Source: Lutibacter sp.
Lineage (GTDB): Bacteria > Bacteroidota > Bacteroidia > Flavobacteriales > Flavobacteriaceae
Assembly: GCF_021647265.1 (NCBI RefSeq)
Contig: NZ_JAKIVA010000004.1
Direction: 5' to 3' (one strand)
DNA: 64,000 nucleotides
Part shown: piece after piece, positions 1-8,986 of the stretch
How positions within the stretch are numbered: the first letter of the stretch is position 1
Layout: the number at the start of each line of letters is the position of its first letter
Program-made: the position numbers and the translations under genes
Notes under the pieces: model-generated
What the model was told of the DNA's origin: nothing
The model's input: only the letters and a program-made list of their open reading frames with translations
Database searches by the model: none

Positions 1-438
1 TAATTGCCCAGTTTGAATTAACTCTTTGGTTTTTTCAATTTTCAGTAATATGAAATATTTTTCAATGGTAATTTCAAGTGTATTTGAAAATAATTTACTT
101 AAATAAGTATAATCTTTTTGTAATTTATTAGCTAAAGTAGCCGATAAATTAGTTGTCATTTCTATGGGAAGATCACTAATAATTTCAACTAGAACAGCTT
201 TAATAGCCTCAATAGTTTTAGTCTCATCATCAATAATCAACTCAAAATCATGTTTTATTAATGCATTTTCAATACTTTGTAAAGTAATTTTATGTTTAGG
301 ATCTTTTATTACAACTTTTCCTAATTTTATTTCAACAACTTGCGCTCCCAAATTTGTTAATTCAGTTTTTACTGCACTAATGCAGCGATTACACACCATT
401 CCTTTGATACGTAATTCTATGAGTTTTAAAGTTTTCAA
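1..438 (-). CDS. Heavy-metal-associated (HMA) domain fused to an AraC-type HTH regulator; N-terminal part only, the gene runs off the window start
   Basis: Absent from the ORF track because it is truncated. My minus-strand translation from TTG at 438-436 reads LKTLKLIELRIKGMVCNRCISAVKTEL... (GMxCxxC metal-binding motif) and continues into ...LSKLFSNTLEITIEKYFILLKIEKTKELIQTGQL (AraC-like HTH). An in-frame stop at 459-457 bounds the N-terminus. Confidence 0.65.
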   Translation of the reverse strand, partial: MKTLKLIELRIKGMVCNRCISAVKTELTNLGAQVVEIKLGKVVIKDPKHKITLQSIENALIKHDFELIIDDETKTIEAIKAVLVEIISDLPIEMTTNLSATLANKLQKDYTYLSKLFSNTLEITIEKYFILLKIEKTKELIQTGQL

Positions 439-456
439 AATAGAAAGTTTTTTTAG

Positions 457-777
457 TTATTTTCCGTCTCTAATTCGTGTTTTACTTTCAACATTACTAA
501 CATATATCAATCCATCTCCCTTGTCTCCTGTTCTTGCATGTGTTTGTATAACATTGATAATTTTATCTACATCAGCTTTATTACATACTATTTCTATTTT
601 CACTACTTTGTTATGTAAAAAAGGGAAGTTAAGGCTCGGGAATTCAGTTTTAGGATCCGTGTAGTCTCCAACACCTTCACCTTGAAAAACTGTAAAACAA
701 CAATATTGTTCTTTTTTGAGATTTTCTGCAACTGAATTTAATTTTTCAGGTCGTATAAATGCTTTAATTTCTTTCAT
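457..777 (-). CDS. P-II (GlnB-like) family protein with an atypical T-loop, linked to the metal-efflux locus
   Basis: 106 aa. MKEIKAFIRPEKL...KIEIVC...THARTGDKGDGLIYVSNVE..RIRDG parallels the GlnB pattern MKKIEAIIRP...KIEIVV...ARTG.IGDGKIFV. The T-loop region (GDYTDPKTEFPSLNFPF) is not GlnB-like. Confidence 0.7.
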   Translation of the reverse strand: MKEIKAFIRPEKLNSVAENLKKEQYCCFTVFQGEGVGDYTDPKTEFPSLNFPFLHNKVVKIEIVCNKADVDKIINVIQTHARTGDKGDGLIYVSNVESKTRIRDGK

Positions 778-836
778 AATAGTACTTTTTAGGGGTTATT
801 TTGAATTGTTTTTTAATTCAAAATAACCCAAAGTTT

Positions 837-1400
837 TTATATAGATTTAAATGTTTCTTTTGCACTACCGCAACTTGACATTGAGCTTTCTGCTCCCATA
901 TAAGGATTTACAATATTTTCTGAATCTGAAAACCAGTAAGCACCGCTTCCATTTGCCATAGGACAAAAGTTTTTGTAAACCTTTCCTTTTGTAATGTTAT
1001 CTTTAAAAAGAGGTTCCATTGAAATTGTTAATTCTGCAAATGTTTTGCGTTGATTTTCTAGATTATCACTTTCAGCTAATTTGTTTGCAGCAATTAAAGA
1101 TTCGGATGCTTTTCCGTAATTATTTAAAATATCAACAAGCATTTTAGACATCATCTGTGCTTTTTTTGGTTGAGATTTAACCAATGCTTTATTTATCATT
1201 ATATAATGCATATAAGCTTTGTTTAAGTTTGCATCGTTAAATTGTGTCTCACCCATTTTTTGTTGCACCACTTCCCCCTTCATCATTCCTTTTTTGTGGT
1301 TCATTTTACTATGGTCGTGATTTTGTTGACCAAAAGTTGTTATTGTTACGCTTAAAGTAACTACAATTATTAAAACTGTTTTAAAATTTAATTTTTTCAT
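837..1400 (-). CDS. DUF3347 domain protein, secreted (putative periplasmic metal-binding accessory protein)
   Basis: 187 aa with a signal peptide (MKKLNFKTVLIIVVTLSVTITTFGQ) and a His/Met-rich N-terminus (NHDHSKMNHKKGMMKG). The C-terminal motif FCPMANGSGAYWFSDSENIVNPYMGAESSMSSCG parallels the C-terminus of the adjacent adaptor protein. Confidence 0.7.
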   Translation of the reverse strand: MKKLNFKTVLIIVVTLSVTITTFGQQNHDHSKMNHKKGMMKGEVVQQKMGETQFNDANLNKAYMHYIMINKALVKSQPKKAQMMSKMLVDILNNYGKASESLIAANKLAESDNLENQRKTFAELTISMEPLFKDNITKGKVYKNFCPMANGSGAYWFSDSENIVNPYMGAESSMSSCGSAKETFKSI

Positions 1401-1417
1401 GTTATTTATGTTTTTAT

Positions 1418-3262
1418 TTAATTTTTGTACTCTTTTGTAATTTCTCCACAGGTTGGCATTTCATTTCCGTAGAATGGATTTTTAATGGTTTTGTCATAGC
1501 TTAACCAGTACACATCTTTCATAGAACAGTACTCTAAATAAAGAGGTTTGTTAGAGTTTTTAAAACCAAATTTTTCAATTGCTTTTCCTAATTCTGGCCC
1601 TAATTTTGCAAAAGAGATTCTTTGATTTTCAATATCTTTGGCATTCATAATTGAAGTTACTTGTAGGTTTAATTTTTTCAAATCTTTCATCCATTCATTA
1701 TGAGCATCTCCTAAAAGCACCAACATATCTACATTATTTAAAGCTTTGGCAACATTTTTAGATTGCATTTTTGCTTCTGCAAAATCACCGTCAAAAAGAA
1801 GATCTTTTAAATTAATGTATGCATCTATAACTTCCCCTAGCTGACTTTTAAATTTTGGATCAATTTTAGATTTATCAATCATAACCATTTTCTTCATATC
1901 GGCATCACTCATTTCCGTTTTAGAATCTTTATCCTCTTTATCTCCACCCATATCCATTCCTGCCATACCTCCAGTATTACCTTTCGCACCTGTAGGGTTC
2001 ATCATACTTTTTTGACCGATTAATTGAGCAGAGGCATCAATTCTAAACACACCATTAGTTGCAACAACTTCACCTTCTTTTAATCCTTTTGCTACAATGT
2101 AGAAATTACCCATATCTTGCCCTAAAATAATTTCTCTATACACAAATGAAATTGTTTTTTCGTGTGGTACTTTAACATAAACTACCGCTCTTTTACCAGT
2201 CCAAAGCACCGCTGATTTAGGAATTACAATAGCATTTTTAATATTTGTTAATTTGGCTTTAATAATACCATTAGCATACATTTCAGGCAATAATTTATTA
2301 CCAGGGTTTTTAAGTTCAACACGTACTTTAGCAACTCTAGTGCTTGAAGAAACAAAAGGATCTATGTAGGTAACCTTACCTTTGAAGTTTTTCCCAGGAA
2401 TTGCATTAATTGTAAAATCTACAGTATTGCCAACTTGTATCCACGGTATATCTGCTTCATATGCTTCAAACATTATCCAAACGCTATTTAAATTAGCAAT
2501 ATCAAATAAAGAACTTCCTTCAGTAATATAATCTCCAAGTTCAACATTACGTTTCATAACATATCCAGAATAATCAGATAAAATATCTATTTGTTCTTGT
2601 ACTTTTCCCGATTTTTCAATAGCATTAATTTGGTTGTCAGATAGTTTCCATAATTTTAGTTTATTACGTGATGCCGTATAAAGTTGCGGATAAATATCTC
2701 GAGATCTAATAGCTTCAAATAATTCTTTTTGAGCTGAAATTAAATCTGGAGAATAAATACGTACAATTTTTTGTCCTTTATACACTTTTTCTCCTGTAAA
2801 GTTTACATACAACCTTTCTATTCTGCCTGGGATATGAGATACTTGTGAAAATAATAGTCTTTCATCTGGCTTCACTCTACCCAATAAGCGAATTTCTTTA
2901 GTTGCACTTGCTCTTTGAACAATTGAGGTTTGAATATTCGCTAATTCAATGGCTTCAGCTGTTAAAACAATTTCGTTATCAGCAATTTTCTCTTCAGAAG
3001 TACTGCCAGCTTCTAATGGAATTAGCGTCATTCCACAAATAGGGCATTTCCCCGGTTTTTCCATTCTTATTTGCGGGTGCATTGAGCAAGTCCATAATTT
3101 AGTTACAGGATCTTGAACAAGATCATGTTCTTCTTCATTGTGTGAAGTTTTTGTATTGTCATTTCCAGAAAACACGTTTCCTAAAATAATTCCGATAATT
3201 AAAATACCGGCTCCTATAATATAATTTTTATATTTTTTCATACTGTTAATTTTATTTTCCAA
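1418..3262 (-). CDS. cusB: RND efflux periplasmic adaptor (CusB/CzcB-like) with an N-terminal Cys-rich metal-binding motif and a C-terminal DUF3347-like domain
   Basis: 614 aa. WTCSMHPQIRMEKPGKCPICGMTLIP is an HMBD-type CxMHP...CPxCGM motif. The central part resembles the HlyD/MFP barrel-sandwich region. The C-terminus carries YCSMKDVYWLSYDKTIKNPFYGNEMPTCG. It overlaps the TolC gene by 11 nt; the start could be M8 at 3241. Confidence 0.88.
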   Translation of the reverse strand: MENKINSMKKYKNYIIGAGILIIGIILGNVFSGNDNTKTSHNEEEHDLVQDPVTKLWTCSMHPQIRMEKPGKCPICGMTLIPLEAGSTSEEKIADNEIVLTAEAIELANIQTSIVQRASATKEIRLLGRVKPDERLLFSQVSHIPGRIERLYVNFTGEKVYKGQKIVRIYSPDLISAQKELFEAIRSRDIYPQLYTASRNKLKLWKLSDNQINAIEKSGKVQEQIDILSDYSGYVMKRNVELGDYITEGSSLFDIANLNSVWIMFEAYEADIPWIQVGNTVDFTINAIPGKNFKGKVTYIDPFVSSSTRVAKVRVELKNPGNKLLPEMYANGIIKAKLTNIKNAIVIPKSAVLWTGKRAVVYVKVPHEKTISFVYREIILGQDMGNFYIVAKGLKEGEVVATNGVFRIDASAQLIGQKSMMNPTGAKGNTGGMAGMDMGGDKEDKDSKTEMSDADMKKMVMIDKSKIDPKFKSQLGEVIDAYINLKDLLFDGDFAEAKMQSKNVAKALNNVDMLVLLGDAHNEWMKDLKKLNLQVTSIMNAKDIENQRISFAKLGPELGKAIEKFGFKNSNKPLYLEYCSMKDVYWLSYDKTIKNPFYGNEMPTCGEITKEYKN

Positions 3263-4499
3263 TTAAATATTGCATAAATGCTATGGCAGCATTTTTGTCG
3301 ATTAAGGCTTGTTGGTAAGCCAATTCATATTTTAATAATTGACGTTCAATTCTTAAAACTTCTTCAAAATCTTTTGCATTTGTTGAATAAGAAATGATTA
3401 ATACGTCTAATACTTTTTTTGCTATTTGTGATTGTTTTTTATTTAAAGCAATACGTCTGTCTCCATCACTAAAATTTTTATAAGAAGATGAAAAAATAGT
3501 ACTTAATACATTCTTTTTATCTTCTTTTTTAAAGCTTTCAGCTTCTTGTAAAAATTTAGCTTCTTTAATTAATGCTTTGTACTTTTTACGAAAAATAGGT
3601 ATTTTAACTCCTATTGAAGGAAATAAGAAAGCATCTTTACCATTGTCAATTGCTGTTGAAGAAGGGTTTTTTTCAACTACCGTATAATTTAATCCAATAT
3701 TAAATTTAGGTAATCCTTCTTTTTTTGCAACAACTTCCTGATTTATAAAAGCATTTAATCTATGATTAATACTTTTTAATTGATGGTTGTTTGCATAAAT
3801 TTCATCTAGCATATTTAATTTATCAAATGGTAATTCATCTTGCCATAAAGTATCAGGTATTTCAATACTGTTTGAAACGTCTCTTGCTAATAAATTATTG
3901 AAATTAGTTTGAATGGTAATTCTCGTGTCAACAAATAATGCCAACTGATTTTCTAAATCATTTAACTCTAATTCAACACGTAATTCATCAACAATTGATG
4001 CATTTCCAGCCTCTATTTTAACTAAAGATAGCCGTTTAAAAACTTGAAGAATTTCCATGTTTTCTTTTGTAATTTCAATAGCTTTTTCAATAAAATAATA
4101 ATTAAAATAAGCGGTTTTTACTTCAAAGAAAAGATTTGATTTTGTATTTTCAAATTTTTCAAATTTTGCATTTGCAAATTCAGTTGCCACATTTTCTTTT
4201 GCATCTAATAAGCCAAACCAAGGAAAACTTTGTGCCAGATTAAATCTCCATTTTTGAGGGCCAACACGTGTTTCTACAGGTTTAACAAAATATCCAAAAG
4301 CAACTTGAGGGTCGGGTAAAGTACCTACTTGAGGTACTTTTTCCATGGCAGCCATATATTCACTGAATGTTGCTTTTAATTCAGGGTTATTCTCAGCTGC
4401 TATTTTTAGATAATTTTCTAAGGAAGTTTGACTAAAAGTGTTAACACTTAATAGCAACAACCAACTAAAGAAAATTATTTTATACATTTTTATGTTCAT
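3252..4499 (-). CDS. TolC-family outer membrane efflux protein
   Basis: 415 aa with a signal peptide and repeated coiled-coil/OEP-like halves. It sits between the RND pump and the adaptor in an operon with 10-nt and overlapping junctions. Confidence 0.85.
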   Translation of the reverse strand: MNIKMYKIIFFSWLLLLSVNTFSQTSLENYLKIAAENNPELKATFSEYMAAMEKVPQVGTLPDPQVAFGYFVKPVETRVGPQKWRFNLAQSFPWFGLLDAKENVATEFANAKFEKFENTKSNLFFEVKTAYFNYYFIEKAIEITKENMEILQVFKRLSLVKIEAGNASIVDELRVELELNDLENQLALFVDTRITIQTNFNNLLARDVSNSIEIPDTLWQDELPFDKLNMLDEIYANNHQLKSINHRLNAFINQEVVAKKEGLPKFNIGLNYTVVEKNPSSTAIDNGKDAFLFPSIGVKIPIFRKKYKALIKEAKFLQEAESFKKEDKKNVLSTIFSSSYKNFSDGDRRIALNKKQSQIAKKVLDVLIISYSTNAKDFEEVLRIERQLLKYELAYQQALIDKNAAIAFMQYLIGK

Positions 4500-4509
4500 G
4501 TTTTTAAAT

Positions 4510-7500
4510 TTAAGCTTGTGATTTTTTCAATTGTCTCTTTAAATTATGTTCTTTCCACATACTGTACAGTACAGGTACAACAAACATAGTCATCACTTGT
4601 AATAGCATACCTCCAAATGATGGAATTGCCATAGGTATTACCACATCAGCTCCTTTACCTGTAGCTGTAAGCACTGGTATTAGTGCAATAATTGCAACAG
4701 CTGCAGTCATCATAGCTGGGCGTACTCTTTTAATACCAGCATGTAAAACAGATTCTCTTATCTCTTTAATTGTAGTAGGTTTTTCTTTATCAAATACTTG
4801 TGTTAAATAAGTTCCCATAATTACACCATCATCTGTAGCGATACCAAATAAGGCAATAAAACCAACCCATACGGCAACACTTAAATTTATAGTGTGTAAC
4901 TGAAATAATTCTCGCATATGGACTCCCGCAAAACTGAAGTTTAAAAACCATTCTTGACTGTAAAGCCAAATCATAATAAAACCACCTGAAAAGGCTACAA
5001 AAATTCCTGAAAATACCATTAATGACGGTAATATGTTTTTAAATTGAAAATATAGAATCAATAAAATTACTATCAACGATATTGGAACAACCAACATTAG
5101 TCGTTTAGACGCTCTAATTTGATTTTCATAATTTCCTGTAAAACGGTAGGTAACACCATCAGCTAATTTAAATTCTCCTGAATCAATTTTATCTTTTATT
5201 AATTTTTGGGCAGCTTCAACAACATTTGTCTCTGCATTTCCTTCTTTCATATCAAAAATTACATACCCTGTTAAAAAGGTATCTTCACTTTTAATAACTT
5301 GAGGTCCACGGACATATTCTATAGATGCTAGTTCGCCTAATTCTACCTGAACACCAGTAGGTGTTGGAATTAAGATTTTCTTAATATCTTCAGGGTTATC
5401 TCTAAACTCACGTGCATAGCGTACTCGAACAGGAAAACGTTCTCTTCCTTCAACAGTGGTCGTTAATTGTTTTCCGCCTACAGCTACTGATAATTGCATT
5501 TGCATGTCTTTTATGGTTAATCCATAGCGAGACATTGCTTGTCTATTTAGCCTAATTTCTAAATATGGTTTTCCAACAACTCTATCAGCAAATACTGTAG
5601 ATGGATTTATGCTTGGAACCTCTTTTAATAAGTTCTCTAATTCAAAACCTACTTTTTCAATGGCTTCTAATGTTGGTCCAAATACTTTGATTCCCATAGG
5701 AGCTCGCATTCCAGTAGACAACATTATTAAACGTGTTTGAATAGGTTGTAATTTTGGAGCAGAAGTTAATCCAGGAAATTTAGAGTGTTTTACTATTTCT
5801 TTCCAGATATCATCGGCTTTTTTTATTTTTTGACGCCATTGTCTAAAATATTCGCCATCTTCATCTTCAATTAATTCATCTTCAGTAATTTTTCTGAATT
5901 CATCTTTCCCATATTTATAGGTAGTACCATCTTTTAAAATGAAAGCTTTATCTTCATTCACTTTAAAACGAACCCTTCTTCCATCTGCATCTAAAATATA
6001 TTCAGGAATATAGTTTATCGTGTTTTCAAACATGGATGTAGGAGCGGGATCTAAAGCAGAATTTACACGTCCCCATTTACCAACGGAAGTGGCTATTTCA
6101 GGGATAGAATTCATATGCTTGTTAATGGTTGCTATTACCTCCATATTTTCTGTAATACCAGAGTGTGGCATTGTTGTTGGCATTAGCAGAAATGAACCTT
6201 CATCTAAAGCTGGCATAAATTCTTTACCTACACCAGGAAAAGTTTTTTCTATACTATTCCAAGCAGTAGTGTTTTTCACAAAATTTGGCATAAAACCAAA
6301 AACTTTTCCAAACCCTAACCAAATGGTTGCTCCAAAGAAAACTACAATAATAGGAACAGATAAAAATTTCCATTTATTTTCTAAACACCACTTTAAAACA
6401 ACATCGTAAAAATGTACAATGGTCATTAACAATCCTAAAACTGCCCCAACAATTAGAATTACGAAAATAAAATTAACGAATACTGAGTTTGAAGCTCCTA
6501 AAGGCATCCATTCAATAGTTAAAAAGTAAATTACAACTAAAACGGTAATTAAAATATTTAGATAATTGGCAATTTTTTCAGAAAAAGGTAATTTTATTTT
6601 GTTTTTTAAGAAGGTGCGTTTTGGCACTTGTGTTAGTAAGTTATTTAAACCAAAAGCTATTAATGCTATGGCAATTATACTTCCATAACTTATTAAAAAT
6701 ACAATTCCAAAACCTATTAATAATGAATTGAATATGCGACTATTTCTTTTTTTATCTAATTTTATAGAGAATAGCATATGTGCTATGGCTGGAATAAACA
6801 TAATTCCAATAAATAAAGAAGAAACTAAGGCAAATGTTTTTGTCCAAGCCAAAGGTCTAAATAGTTTTCCTTCGGAAGCTTGCATTGCAAAGACAGGTAA
6901 AAAACTTACAATTGTAGTTGCCAAGGCAGTCATAATTGCTGAAGCAACCTCAACGGTGGCAACATAAATTACTTGTACTAATTTTTTACCACTTATATGT
7001 TCATTTTCTGGCATTTCTAAGTGCCTAATAATATTTTCAGTAAATACAATTCCCACATCAACCATGACCCCAATGGCAATGGCAATACCAGAAAGAGCCA
7101 CAATATTGGCATCTACATCAAAAAACTTCATTAAAATAAAAGTCATTAAAACCCCAACAGGCAGTAATGTTGAAATTAAAACAGAAGCACGTAGATTTAA
7201 CACCAATACAAGAACAACTAAAATACTTATCAAAATCTCGTGAGAGAGTGATGATTCTAAAGTTCCTAATGTTTCTTGAATTAAACCAGATCGATCGTAA
7301 AATGGTACAATAGTAATTTTTGAAACAGTTCCATCAGCTAATGTTTTTGATGGTAATCCTGGTGCAACTTCAGCAATTTTAGCTTTTAAATTATGAATTA
7401 CTTCTTGTGGGTTTGCACCGTAACGAGCTACCACAACACCTCCAACAGCTTCTACACCACTTTTATCCAATCCACCTCTTCTAGTAGCAGGGCCAAATTG

Positions 7501-8349
7501 TATTTTTGCAACATCTTTTAAACGAATAGGAACATTGTCTCTAACAGTAACTACACTTTCTTCCAAATCTGAAAGACTTTTAATGTACCCTAATCCGCGG
7601 ACAAGGTATTCAACTTTGTTAAACTCCAAAGTACGTGCACCAATATCTAAATTACTGTTTTTAACAGCATTCATTATCATTTTCACATCCACATTGTTGG
7701 CTTTCATTGCATTGGGGTCAATTTCAATCTGGTATTCTTTTAAAAACCCACCAATTGAAGCAACTTCTGAAACACCGCTTGTAGCAGTTAAATAATAACG
7801 AACATAAAAATCTTGAATTGTTCTTAGTTCTTGAGGATCCCAACCTCCTGTTGGTTTTCCTGTTTTTGGATCTCTACCTTCTAAAGTATACCAATACACT
7901 TGTCCTAATGCTGTTGCATCTGGTCCTAGCGCTGGTTTTACTTCATTAGGAACGGTTCCTGGTGGTAAAGAGTTTAATTTTTCAAGAATTCTTGTTCTGC
8001 TCCAGTAAAAATCTACATCATCTTTAAAAATGATATAAATACTAGATAAGCCAAAGATAGAATTACTTCTAATGGTTTTTACACCTGGAATACCTAATAA
8101 GGCAGTAGTTAAAGGATAGGTAATTTGATCTTCAATATCCTGAGGTGATTGTCCCATCCATTCTGTAAAAACAATTTGTTGGTTTTCGCCAATGTCAGGA
8201 ATGGCATCTACAGGAACAGGATTTCGTTCAATTAATGAGGTTTCCCAATTAAAAGGGGCTGTTACAATTCCACCTATAATAAAGGTAGCGAGTAACATAA
8301 ATGTTATTAACTTGTTTTCAAGAAAATAGCGAATTATTTTATTAAGCAT
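4510..8349 (-). CDS. cusA: CusA/CzcA-family heavy-metal efflux RND pump, long form (1279 aa)
   Basis: AcrB/CusA-like architecture throughout. By-eye alignment to my recollection of E. coli CusA places Met residues at LLMPTT, APTSMFENT and LIMLSTG, equivalent to the CusA Met triad. Two extra segments are present relative to roughly 1040-aa pumps. Confidence 0.93.
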   Translation of the reverse strand: MLNKIIRYFLENKLITFMLLATFIIGGIVTAPFNWETSLIERNPVPVDAIPDIGENQQIVFTEWMGQSPQDIEDQITYPLTTALLGIPGVKTIRSNSIFGLSSIYIIFKDDVDFYWSRTRILEKLNSLPPGTVPNEVKPALGPDATALGQVYWYTLEGRDPKTGKPTGGWDPQELRTIQDFYVRYYLTATSGVSEVASIGGFLKEYQIEIDPNAMKANNVDVKMIMNAVKNSNLDIGARTLEFNKVEYLVRGLGYIKSLSDLEESVVTVRDNVPIRLKDVAKIQFGPATRRGGLDKSGVEAVGGVVVARYGANPQEVIHNLKAKIAEVAPGLPSKTLADGTVSKITIVPFYDRSGLIQETLGTLESSLSHEILISILVVLVLVLNLRASVLISTLLPVGVLMTFILMKFFDVDANIVALSGIAIAIGVMVDVGIVFTENIIRHLEMPENEHISGKKLVQVIYVATVEVASAIMTALATTIVSFLPVFAMQASEGKLFRPLAWTKTFALVSSLFIGIMFIPAIAHMLFSIKLDKKRNSRIFNSLLIGFGIVFLISYGSIIAIALIAFGLNNLLTQVPKRTFLKNKIKLPFSEKIANYLNILITVLVVIYFLTIEWMPLGASNSVFVNFIFVILIVGAVLGLLMTIVHFYDVVLKWCLENKWKFLSVPIIVVFFGATIWLGFGKVFGFMPNFVKNTTAWNSIEKTFPGVGKEFMPALDEGSFLLMPTTMPHSGITENMEVIATINKHMNSIPEIATSVGKWGRVNSALDPAPTSMFENTINYIPEYILDADGRRVRFKVNEDKAFILKDGTTYKYGKDEFRKITEDELIEDEDGEYFRQWRQKIKKADDIWKEIVKHSKFPGLTSAPKLQPIQTRLIMLSTGMRAPMGIKVFGPTLEAIEKVGFELENLLKEVPSINPSTVFADRVVGKPYLEIRLNRQAMSRYGLTIKDMQMQLSVAVGGKQLTTTVEGRERFPVRVRYAREFRDNPEDIKKILIPTPTGVQVELGELASIEYVRGPQVIKSEDTFLTGYVIFDMKEGNAETNVVEAAQKLIKDKIDSGEFKLADGVTYRFTGNYENQIRASKRLMLVVPISLIVILLILYFQFKNILPSLMVFSGIFVAFSGGFIMIWLYSQEWFLNFSFAGVHMRELFQLHTINLSVAVWVGFIALFGIATDDGVIMGTYLTQVFDKEKPTTIKEIRESVLHAGIKRVRPAMMTAAVAIIALIPVLTATGKGADVVIPMAIPSFGGMLLQVMTMFVVPVLYSMWKEHNLKRQLKKSQA

Positions 8350-8483
8350 ATAGCATTTGATTTTAATTATTTAAATTTTAATATAAAGTGTGATATGATT
8401 ATTATCAACTTTTATATGATACAAATAAGAGATAGTAAAGAGATTTCACCAAATCATTTTTGTAGATAGAAAATAATTTAAAA

Positions 8484-8900
8484 TCAAATAAGAAAAACTT
8501 GGTCAACAATATGTATATCTGTGACCAAAATTGGAGGAGAATAGTTTTTAAAAGGAACTATATTATTTTCTAAACCTTTAAATAAATTAATGTAAGTGTA
8601 AATAAAAGAAGCAATAAACAGTTGTTGGCTAGAATTTAAACGTAATATATTTGTAGCTTCTAATTCCTTTTGACCTTTATATACTTTAATTACATTATCA
8701 CAACAATTTTTATCAACTAAATTGCAATCTTCTTTAGAAGGAGTTTTTTCTTCCATGCCACAAGAATCCGCCTTTAAAAATAGTGCGCTTGCAACCAATT
8801 CACCTCCACAGTAGTGCTGGTTTACAGTAAATGACATTGTAGAAAAAAGAACTACAAAAGTCATTAAAATGGCTCCTATTTTTTTACGAAACACCTTCAT
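8484..8900 (-). CDS. Small membrane-anchored Cys-rich protein with HYC / CC / PP motifs (I recall an 'HYC_CC_PP family' name; unverified)
   Basis: 138 aa with an N-terminal hydrophobic anchor (IGAILMTFVVLFSTMSF). Motifs: NQHYCGGE, SCGM, EDCNLVDKNCCDN and NYSPPILV. It lies directly upstream of cusA on the same strand. Confidence 0.5.
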   Translation of the reverse strand: MKVFRKKIGAILMTFVVLFSTMSFTVNQHYCGGELVASALFLKADSCGMEEKTPSKEDCNLVDKNCCDNVIKVYKGQKELEATNILRLNSSQQLFIASFIYTYINLFKGLENNIVPFKNYSPPILVTDIHIVDQVFLI

Positions 8901-8942
8901 TAGATTTAACGAATATACCTAAATTTTTTTATAGTAGGTTAA

Positions 8943-8984
8943 TTTTATTGAATATACTGATAAATATCAGTATATTCAATAAAA
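8943..8984. repeat. Perfect 42-bp palindrome (20-nt arms, 2-nt centre) between the DUF302 gene and the Cys-rich protein gene
   Basis: ttttattgaatatactgata-aa-tatcagtatattcaataaaa. The arms 8943-8962 and 8965-8984 are exact reverse complements. Confidence 0.9.
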
Positions 8985-8986
8985 AA

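Noticed and set aside
164-664. 166-aa plus-strand ORF spanning the left end of the window
   Set aside because: It lies antisense to two better-supported minus-strand genes (the HMA-AraC regulator and the P-II-like protein). Its translation is low-complexity and Ser/Ile/Leu-rich with no motif. It is a shadow ORF typical of AT-rich DNA.
6020-7795. Three plus-strand ORFs (6020-6409, 6728-6967, 7535-7795) inside the cusA-like gene
   Set aside because: All are antisense to a 1279-aa ORF with clear RND homology along its whole length. None has a recognisable motif.
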